Assembly: GCA_028293425.1 (NCBI GenBank)
Contig: JAQGOV010000298.1
Location: 1 to 50,180, forward strand
Source: Verrucomicrobiales bacterium
GTDB lineage: Bacteria; Verrucomicrobiota; Verrucomicrobiia; Limisphaerales; JAQGOV01
Length of the DNA stretch: 50,180 bases
Direction of reading: 5' to 3'
The notes beneath the pieces are model-generated. The model saw only the letters and a program-made list of their open reading frames with translations. It was not told the origin of the DNA and made no database searches. Positions 9,201 to 17,114 of this stretch are shown here, one piece after another. Each line of letters opens with the position of its first letter. Within the stretch, counting starts at the first letter, position 1. The position numbers and the translations under genes are program-made.

Positions 9201-9626
9201 TGGAACCGGGGTGACGCTCAGCGGGGAAGTGAGTTGTTTCGCGAGCGCGGCTGCCAAACCTGTCACGCGGCCACATCGGCGGTCGGACCCGATCTTGCCG
9301 GAGTGACCGAGCGTTTCTCACCCAACGACTTGTTCAACGCCATTCTCTACCCAAGCCGGGATGTGGCGGGCCCTTATCGGATGGAAGTATTCCGAATGCG
9401 CGATGGCACTTCCTACAATGGGATCGTCGCCTTTGAATCGGCTGATGGAGTCATCCTGCGAACCAGTGCTACTTCGACCATCCGGTTGAACGACTCAGAG
9501 ATTCTCTCCCGGCAGCCGAGCATGCTGTCGCTCATGCCCGCGGGGCTGCTCGAAGGCTTCGACGCACGGAGCATCGCCGATCTCTACAGTTACCTCAAAA
9601 CCTTGCAGATGAGGTCTGGAAATTAA
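6276..9626 (+). CDS. PVC-type heme-binding CxxCH protein (sorbosone-dehydrogenase-like beta-propeller, HEAT repeats, C-terminal cytochrome c)
   Basis: Signal peptide, DRNGDGVAD, GFRNPYDFDF, GRGSPTG, HEAT-like helices, GDAQRG…GCQTCH…VGPDL…SLMPAGL. Confidence 0.88.
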   Translation: MMHIRHARSGRFPLISLICALLLVNITAAQLLAANLVPVPALGLRVASGFRVTLYADSDLANDIYAMTLDAQGNPVVTSEGYVRRLLDRNGDGVADAYEDIAATKTGGMGMLFDGNNLYFTGDKQLSVLEDTEGSGRNYGKPRAILPVNFTEHGGHAVRKGPDGWLYFIGGNDSGFGGLPLSGTASPIKKIEAGALLRISPDGTQIEAVAQGFRNPYDFDFNWMGDIFTYDSDVERDFFLPWYSPTRAYHIGFGQHHGWRLDGFRRSWARQDYYADTVDILAPLGRGSPTGVAVYRHHQFPAYYRNGLFALDWTFGKVFFLNLQPSGASYQSAPEVFLEPIGTQGFAPTDIAVTPEGSLLISIGGRKTRGAIYKIDFPGGRPAEETAADQLLNSLSEVRRVLEAPQPLEAWSRAQWEPLAQKLGAGPFAEAVLDQAFSSFARVRAVEVLTELFGGLNEELSQTASRVNLGFVRARVAWSLGRRPNGNAVSVLLALSRDPDLMVRRSALEALIEQASSLNNIALQQAIGPNLGLGNKRVRMAAAHLATYLPEVAWKALSAQSVRSDAQTRLSVALVSLWRDDLRAVNPSAIQTALDILTRAASHDLQLQAVRIVMLGMGDYHLHEPSLEAYTGYETAFSLETQPELLARIRKTTGALLPSGDPILDTEIGRLLAMVSDDNPQTSAKALNMITASTSPTSDFHWLTVLSRLQGPVPTNNAARVAQAVLSLERKLAGMELRTKQNWTTRLAEISQRLMERDSKVADAMLRHPDFVSSAHLVLVPSFNSEQYQAAARRFALEVRKNPRFTWTGPLIDLLDSLPPAEARPLFRQQWPNIILRDEILLKLAKNPEPLDREKLVQGLASTRMEVVRASIAALRKLPTQSPDGLLLPAYRLLRRLVSEPKEAKAREELLGLLSQVTGQKWNIQEPSEKTQATFQKSYQPPFAWFAQRYPSLAKQLDENTNDDVRWNALLRNVAWNRGDAQRGSELFRERGCQTCHAATSAVGPDLAGVTERFSPNDLFNAILYPSRDVAGPYRMEVFRMRDGTSYNGIVAFESADGVILRTSATSTIRLNDSEILSRQPSMLSLMPAGLLEGFDARSIADLYSYLKTLQMRSGN

Positions 9627-10840
9627 CCGAGGAAAGCAGCATGCACTGACTTCATGGCCTGCTCGCCTTTGGCGAGATCGATGACCACGGAAATCTTGAT
9701 CTCGCTCGTGGAAATCATCTGGATGTTCACGTTGGCTTGCGCCAGCGCATCAAACATCTTGGCCGCGACTCCGGAATGGCTCCGCATTCCAACACCCACA
9801 ATCGAAAGCTTGCCAATATTCTCGTCCGCAATCACTTCACGGTATCCGATATTACTCTTGATGCCGGCAAGAACCTTCTGGGCCTTGAGCAACTCGGGCT
9901 TGTCCAGGGTAAAGGAGATATCGGTCGCCGGAGTTCCCGAGCCATGGCTTGCTGTCTGGACAATCATGTCGACATTGATCGATGCATCTCCCAGCGCTCT
10001 AAAGATCCTGGCTGCCATCCCGGGATGATCCGGCACAGCCGCAAGCGTGACCTTGGCCTGGTTCTTGTCGAGAGAAACGCCGCGAATCACGACGTCTTCC
10101 ATGTTCTTGGTTTCTTCTTTCACAATGGTACCTGGGTTGTCATTCAGACTGGAGCGCACTTCAAAGATAACTCCAAATTTTTTTGCAAATTCCACCGAAC
10201 GGCTTTGCATCACTTTGGCCCCGAGGCTGGCCAGTTCGAGCATTTCGTCATACGAAATCTCCTCGAGCTTACGCGCGGTGGGCACAAGGCGAGGGTCAGC
10301 CGTGTAAACACCATCCACATCCGTATAAATCTGGCAAAGGTCCGCTTTCAACGCCGCTGCCAAAGCAATGGCCGTCAGGTCGGAACCGCCGCGACCCAAA
10401 GTGGTGATATTTCCCTCGGCGGTTTGCCCCTGGAAGCCTGCTACAATCACCACATTGCCATCATCCAGAAACTCATGAACCTGCTTGGGAGTGATGTTTT
10501 GAATCTTGGCTTTGGTGTGAACCCCATCGGTGACAATGCCGGCCTGGGCGCCCGTGAGCGACACTGCTTTCAGCCCGAGGCTATGCAATGCCATGGCCGT
10601 GAGAGCAATCGTTGTTTGCTCCCCGGTGGAGAGCAGCACGTCCATTTCCCGCTCATTTGGCAAAGGGCTAATCTCCTTCGCCATCTTGATCAGGTTATCT
10701 GTCACTCCACTCATGGCGGACACAACCACTACGATCTGGTCGCCTTTGGCTCGGTACTCAGCCACACGCCTGGCAACGTTTTTGATTCGGTCCGTGTTAC
10801 CGACCGAAGTGCCGCCATATTTTTGAACAATCAAAGCCAT
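9623..10840 (-). CDS. lysC: Aspartate kinase
   Basis: VQKYGGTS, VVSAM, TTLGRGGSD, TDVDGVYTADP, two ACT domains (ISTSEIKIS). Confidence 0.96.
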   Translation of the reverse strand: MALIVQKYGGTSVGNTDRIKNVARRVAEYRAKGDQIVVVVSAMSGVTDNLIKMAKEISPLPNEREMDVLLSTGEQTTIALTAMALHSLGLKAVSLTGAQAGIVTDGVHTKAKIQNITPKQVHEFLDDGNVVIVAGFQGQTAEGNITTLGRGGSDLTAIALAAALKADLCQIYTDVDGVYTADPRLVPTARKLEEISYDEMLELASLGAKVMQSRSVEFAKKFGVIFEVRSSLNDNPGTIVKEETKNMEDVVIRGVSLDKNQAKVTLAAVPDHPGMAARIFRALGDASINVDMIVQTASHGSGTPATDISFTLDKPELLKAQKVLAGIKSNIGYREVIADENIGKLSIVGVGMRSHSGVAAKMFDALAQANVNIQMISTSEIKISVVIDLAKGEQAMKSVHAAFLG

Positions 10841-10893
10841 CGTTGTGTAATGGTAAAATTTTGCCGGAAATTGGAACAGGAAACAAAATTATT

Positions 10894-11943
10894 TTATTTC
10901 ACCTTCTTCTTCAAAGGCCATCCGCTCGCGTTGCGCAGCCTGACCTTGGTCGCTGGGTTCCCTCTATTCCTTTCAAAACCAAGGATGCTTTCGTTGTCAG
11001 ACGGGCTCTCCCAGGTTCCAAAACAGTTCAACCCAAGCTTCGTAAGTTGTTGTCGCACCTGGCGGTTTCGATATCGAAACGAAGAAAACAAATGGAGTTT
11101 AAATCCAGCCTTCAGCTTTAGCTCCTGGCCATTCACCACCACTGTCACGTTCTCCAGCAGCTTAAGCACGGCGCGGATTTCAAAGAAGGCCGGTTTCTCA
11201 AGAAGATTAAACACCAACTCGCCGCAGTCGTTCGAAAAACCCAGATTGCCTAAAAACGAGCTCAGCCAACCTCGGGTCTTTTGATTATCGTATTGGGCCA
11301 GAAGACTCGCCTTGGACGCCTCATCCAAATGCTCCGGGATCAGGTTAGCGCTAGTGAGCAGGTAATCGCCGGGTTTGAGGAAAGAGCGAAACATCGACAG
11401 CAGCTTGCCCGGCGGCAACACCGGAAGCATTCCGAAGAACGTAAACACTCGATGCTCCGGTCCTGACTCGCTGCGGAACAATTCGTTGATTTGTTTAACT
11501 CGGGGGAGGTCCGCGCAGATGGAATCCTCAACCGTGCATCCAGTCAATTGTACCACCTGCTGAGCCAGGACGAGCAAAGGAATGCTCACATCCAGCGCTG
11601 TAAACCGCACCTGGCAGCCGTGTTTCTGCAGCGTGTTTACAAGAAGCTGCTCCTTCTCCCCGCCGCCACATCCAAGTCCAATAATGTGAACCGCGGTTCC
11701 CTTTAAGTTGGCCCCCAGGCGTTTAAAGCATCCCAGGTATTGCTTGTAGGTATCCCCCTTTTTCATGAACGGGGAATACGCTCTCCGCAGTTCCAGCCAG
11801 TGGCTGGCCTGCTCTGGCGCAACATAAAGGAATTTCGGATTGACCGTGCCCTTGCGAACGCAATCCACCAACTCCCTGCCTAATCCAAGCGGATATTGCG
11901 AAGGATGAATGATGAGCCGAGCACAACCCTTTGATTTCATCAT
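10894..11943 (-). CDS. EgtD-like (L-histidine N-alpha-methyltransferase family) SAM-dependent methyltransferase
   Basis: PKFLY, IIGLGCGGGEKE (SAM motif I), ALDVS, FFGML, LLAQYDN, LFSSFRY follow the Methyltransf_33 pattern. Confidence 0.7.
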   Translation of the reverse strand: MMKSKGCARLIIHPSQYPLGLGRELVDCVRKGTVNPKFLYVAPEQASHWLELRRAYSPFMKKGDTYKQYLGCFKRLGANLKGTAVHIIGLGCGGGEKEQLLVNTLQKHGCQVRFTALDVSIPLLVLAQQVVQLTGCTVEDSICADLPRVKQINELFRSESGPEHRVFTFFGMLPVLPPGKLLSMFRSFLKPGDYLLTSANLIPEHLDEASKASLLAQYDNQKTRGWLSSFLGNLGFSNDCGELVFNLLEKPAFFEIRAVLKLLENVTVVVNGQELKLKAGFKLHLFSSFRYRNRQVRQQLTKLGLNCFGTWESPSDNESILGFERNRGNPATKVRLRNASGWPLKKKVK

Positions 11944-11971
11944 TTAATGCGGAAGCCGGGCGATGAAGCGG

Positions 11972-13072
11972 TTAAAGCCCGATCACGCGCATGACTGCTT
12001 CCTTCGTGGGCGGCACGATGATTGGCTCAAAGCCAGCCGTCTGGATCGCGCAATCCGGGTCTTTCAAACCATGCCCGGTCATGGTGGCGGTAATCAGGCT
12101 CCCTTCTGGGATCAAACCCTCTTTCACACATCGGATCAGGCCCGCCAGCGGCGCGGCGCAAGCGGGCTCCACAAAGATGCCTTCTGTGCGCGCGATCAAC
12201 TTGTAAGCTGCCAGGATTTCCTCGTCGCTCACTTTGCCAATGTGGCCATTGGATTCCTTGAGCGCGGTGGTGGCTCCAATCCAGCTCGCTGGGTTGCCAA
12301 TTCGAATAGCTGTGGCAACTGTCTGCGGGTCAGAGATCGGATGGCCATCGACGATCGGAGCGGCCCCGGCGGCTTGAAACCCAAACATGCGTGGCAAACT
12401 CTTCGACTTACCAGCCTTATGATATTCTTTGTAACCGCGCCAATAAGCGGTGATGTTCCCGGCATTACCGACGGGCAGGAAATGGAAATCCGGGGCATTC
12501 CCCAAAGTGTCGCAAATTTCGAAAGCGGCAGTTTTCTGTCCCTCAATGCGAACAGGGTTGATGCTGTTCACTACCTCAACTTTTCCGGTTTCACCCAGTT
12601 CACGGACAATGCGCAACGCTTCGTCGAAGTTCCCCTCGATCGCGATGGTAGTAGCTCCATACATCAACGCCTGCGCCAGCTTGCCCAAGGCGATCTTCCC
12701 ATTAGGCAACAGCACCACGCACTTCATCTTGGCCCGAGCCGCATACGCTGCCGCCGAGGCGGAAGTGTTTCCCGTGCTGGCACAAATGACCACGCTCGCG
12801 CCACGTTCCTTGGCTTTCGAAACGGCCATGGTCATGCCGCGATCTTTGAACGAGCAGGTCGGATTGAGCGCTTCGTATTTAAGGAAAAGATCAAATTTGC
12901 CACCAATAGCTTCCACGAAGTTTTTGACGGGAATGAGCGGAGTGTTGCCCTCGTGCAAGGTGACCACCGGGGTGGCATCGGTAACCGGCAGATATTCCGC
13001 GTAACGTTGAATCACTCCTCCCCAGGCGGGCTGGGAGGCAACGGGCTTGGCACTGGTTGGATGACCGCTCAT
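11972..13072 (-). CDS. thrC: Threonine synthase
   Basis: LHEGNTPL, NPTCSFKDRGM (PLP Lys), CASTGNTSAS, PVGNAGNI. Confidence 0.95.
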   Translation of the reverse strand: MSGHPTSAKPVASQPAWGGVIQRYAEYLPVTDATPVVTLHEGNTPLIPVKNFVEAIGGKFDLFLKYEALNPTCSFKDRGMTMAVSKAKERGASVVICASTGNTSASAAAYAARAKMKCVVLLPNGKIALGKLAQALMYGATTIAIEGNFDEALRIVRELGETGKVEVVNSINPVRIEGQKTAAFEICDTLGNAPDFHFLPVGNAGNITAYWRGYKEYHKAGKSKSLPRMFGFQAAGAAPIVDGHPISDPQTVATAIRIGNPASWIGATTALKESNGHIGKVSDEEILAAYKLIARTEGIFVEPACAAPLAGLIRCVKEGLIPEGSLITATMTGHGLKDPDCAIQTAGFEPIIVPPTKEAVMRVIGL

Positions 13073-13075
13073 GTG

Positions 13076-14392
13076 TTAATCAAAACTTTCTACTCGGAAC
13101 ATTACCGGCTTCTCTTTCACAACGGCAAGTTGGCTGATCCGGTTAAGGGCCTTCGCCATGGCAGCATTCGTGGCATCATGAATCATCAGGATCAGCGGAA
13201 CAAACTCACCTTGATGGCCTTCCGGCTGAATCACCGACGAAATCCCAATCTTTGCCTTCGCCAGGATGGCCGCGATTCGGGCCAAAGTCCCGGGCCGGTC
13301 CGCCACGGATAATCTTACATAATAGCGGGAAACCGTCTGGTCAATCGGCAGCACCGCTCCTTCACGTTCATGAGGCACAAAAGGTGGAATTCGGCTTTTT
13401 GTCCCAAACTTCAAATCCAGGGCCGCATCCGCCAAATCGCTTAAAACCGCGCTGGCCGTCGCATCCTGTCCCGCTCCACGCCCATAATACAATGTGTCCC
13501 CCACAACATCGCCACGTACGTAAACGGCATTAAAGACACCATTCACGCTTGCCAGCACATGGCTGTTCGGGATGAGCGTCGGATAAACTGATACCTGCAC
13601 CGGCCCGCAGCCTTTACCGGGAATCTCAAGCTTTTTGACCATTCCCAGCAATTTGATCGTGTAGCCTAACTGCCCGGCAAATTGGATGTCCAAGGCCGTT
13701 ACCGCACGAATTCCTTCCACGTGAATCGATTTTGGGTTCACCCAAAACCCATGCGCCAGGGAAGCCAGGATCCCCGTCTTGTGCATGGCGTCATAGCCAT
13801 CCACATCGAGCGAGGGTTCCGCTTCGGCATAGCCAAGCCGCTGGGCATCTGCCAGCACTTCGGCGAAATCCGCACCTTCGTTCTTCATCCGGCTGAGGAT
13901 GTAATTGCAGGTCCCATTCACGATGCCGTAGAGCCGTGTAATGCGGTTGCCGATCAAACCTTCGCGCAGCACCTTGATAATCGGAATGCCCCCCGCAACG
14001 CTCGCTTCATAGTAAAGGTTTGCCCCAAACTGCCGCGCTGTCAGGAAAAGCTCCTCACCGTGTGCTGAAAGGAGGGCTTTGTTCGCGGTCACCACGGACT
14101 TGCCCAGCTTGAAAGCTTTGAGCACCACTTCCCTCGCCGTGGTGGTCCCGCCCATCAATTCCACCACCAGGTTCACGTGAGGATGTTCCACCACGGAAGC
14201 CCAATCGGTGGTCAGCAGGCTTTTGGGAATTTTTACCGGGCGCTTCTTGCTCAGGTCGCGCACGGCCACTTTGACAATGCTTAACTCCACGCCCAACCGC
14301 GACGTCATGAGCAAGCCGTTGCGTTGAACGGCTTGATAGACGCCGCCCCCCACCGTTCCGCCACCAATGATGCCGAGATTAATCTGCTGCAT
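13076..14392 (-). CDS. hom: Homoserine dehydrogenase with C-terminal ACT domain
   Basis: GGGTVGGG Rossmann motif, VVTANKAL, EASVAGGIP, GIVNGTCNYIL, GYAEAEP. Start re-set to ATG 14392 (MQQINL). Confidence 0.95.
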   Translation of the reverse strand: MQQINLGIIGGGTVGGGVYQAVQRNGLLMTSRLGVELSIVKVAVRDLSKKRPVKIPKSLLTTDWASVVEHPHVNLVVELMGGTTTAREVVLKAFKLGKSVVTANKALLSAHGEELFLTARQFGANLYYEASVAGGIPIIKVLREGLIGNRITRLYGIVNGTCNYILSRMKNEGADFAEVLADAQRLGYAEAEPSLDVDGYDAMHKTGILASLAHGFWVNPKSIHVEGIRAVTALDIQFAGQLGYTIKLLGMVKKLEIPGKGCGPVQVSVYPTLIPNSHVLASVNGVFNAVYVRGDVVGDTLYYGRGAGQDATASAVLSDLADAALDLKFGTKSRIPPFVPHEREGAVLPIDQTVSRYYVRLSVADRPGTLARIAAILAKAKIGISSVIQPEGHQGEFVPLILMIHDATNAAMAKALNRISQLAVVKEKPVMFRVESFD

Positions 14393-14579
14393 ACAATAAG
14401 AGCGGCGAGCTTGCCCACAATTCAGCCTCAAAACAACTGGATTTTGATTGAGAAGTGAGCCCACCAAGTTGTAATCCATGAAAATGATTCCATTAGCCGC
14501 GCCGGATTCCCCGTTCCGCTCATTAGGCTGCCCGCCTCACAATCCCTCACTCAGCAGCCCTTTTTCTCGCCTTGTTGCC

Positions 14580-14607
14580 TTGACTGATTCCTGCTTGGTT
14601 CTATGAT
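14580..14607 (+). promoter_or_regulatory. Candidate sigma70 promoter for eno
   Basis: TTGACT-N16-TATGAT, 35 nt upstream of the ATG. Confidence 0.55.
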
Positions 14608-14639
14608 TCGCGCTCGGTTTTGTGGCATTGAGAAATTAG

Positions 14640-15914
<1,275 letters not shown>

Positions 15915-15931
15915 AATTTCGGTTCCTCCTT

Positions 15932-15967
15932 AACCGGAAGTTGGCGCAAGCCTCTTCCGGTTTTTTT
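15932..15967 (+). terminator. Intrinsic terminator after eno
   Basis: aaccggaag…cttccggtt stem followed by a T run. Confidence 0.85.
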
Positions 15968-16205
15968 GTCTCGAAACTTTTCCACGAGCCGGGTGTTTCC
16001 ATTCTCAGACAGCGACTCTGATGCCCCGGCTCGAATGCAGAGCAAAGCTGACCCCGCAGTTAATTCGAAATTCCCCAAGGAGGAATAAGGGAACTGAATC
16101 CGGCGCTTGAGCCAGCGCCGGGACCAGTTCAAACGTTGGACTCCATTTCCCGTGAGTTGCTTCCGCTCGCTCTTTGGCACACTTTTATCCGGCAGCAACC
16201 ACGCT

Positions 16206-17099
16206 ATGAATATTCTTATCACAGGCGCCTCCGGATTGATCGGTTCCCATTTGGGGCCTTTTCTCCAGGATCAAGGGCATCGCGTGTGGAAGCTCAAGCG
16301 TGGCGCTCCAGCCCCAGGCAGCCCGTCCTGGGACCCGGTTGCCGGTGCCATCGATCTCGAGCCTGCTGGTGCGCTCGACGCCGTGATTCACTTGGCCGGT
16401 GAGAATGTCGCCCAGCCCTGGAAGCGGGCCGTTCGAAAACGTATTCGCGAGAGCCGTGTCAATTCTACCCGTTTGCTTGCGGAAAAGCTCGCTCACCTTC
16501 CGCGAAAGCCAAAGGTGCTCATTTGCGCCTCCGCCACTGGATTTTACGGAAACCGCGGCGATGAACTTCTCGATGAACAAAGCTTGCCCGGTCACGGCTT
16601 TCTTCCCGAAATTTGCCGAGAATGGGAAGGCGCTGCTGAGGCTGCGGAGGATGTCGGCATCCGGGTAGTTTATTTGCGTTTCGGCATTGTTCTCTCACCC
16701 AAGGGCGGGGCGCTCAAACGAATGCTCCCCATCTTCAAATGGGGGCTCGGCGGAAAGTTAGGCAATGGCCATTATTATTGGAGTTGGATCGCTTTGGAGG
16801 ACGTCCTCGGAGTTGTCGTTCACGTGTTGGCCAATGATAGCCTGTCTGGTCCAATCAACACCGTCACTCCCTTCCCAGTCACCAACGCGGAGTTTACCAG
16901 GGCACTCGCAAAGGCCGTGAAGAGGCCAGCCTTTCTGGCTGTCCCGCCTTTTGTGCTCGAAGTCCTGCTTGGCCAAATGGCTGATGAAGTCCTGCTCTGC
17001 AGCTTTCGGGTCATGCCCGCGCGCCTCATCCAAAGCGGATTCCATTTTAAATACCCCAGCCTCAACTCAGCCTTTAGCAGGCTCCTGAACGAATCTTAA
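16206..17099 (+). CDS. TIGR01777-family NAD-dependent epimerase/oxidoreductase (YfcH-like)
   Basis: MNILITGASGLIG, VIHLAGENV, SATGFYG, CREWE, LRFGIVL. Start re-set to 16206. Confidence 0.9.
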   Translation: MNILITGASGLIGSHLGPFLQDQGHRVWKLKRGAPAPGSPSWDPVAGAIDLEPAGALDAVIHLAGENVAQPWKRAVRKRIRESRVNSTRLLAEKLAHLPRKPKVLICASATGFYGNRGDELLDEQSLPGHGFLPEICREWEGAAEAAEDVGIRVVYLRFGIVLSPKGGALKRMLPIFKWGLGGKLGNGHYYWSWIALEDVLGVVVHVLANDSLSGPINTVTPFPVTNAEFTRALAKAVKRPAFLAVPPFVLEVLLGQMADEVLLCSFRVMPARLIQSGFHFKYPSLNSAFSRLLNES

Positions 17100-17114
17100 A
17101 TTTGAAAAACCCGG

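Noticed and set aside
9737-11284. 515-aa ORF on + strand
   Set aside because: Antisense shadow of lysC and the methyltransferase; no recognisable motifs
11963-13312. 449-aa ORF on + strand
   Set aside because: Antisense to thrC/hom; typical codon-bias shadow
16174-16190. TTGGCAC as a possible sigma54 -24 box
   Set aside because: No TTGC at the -12 position (TATC instead)
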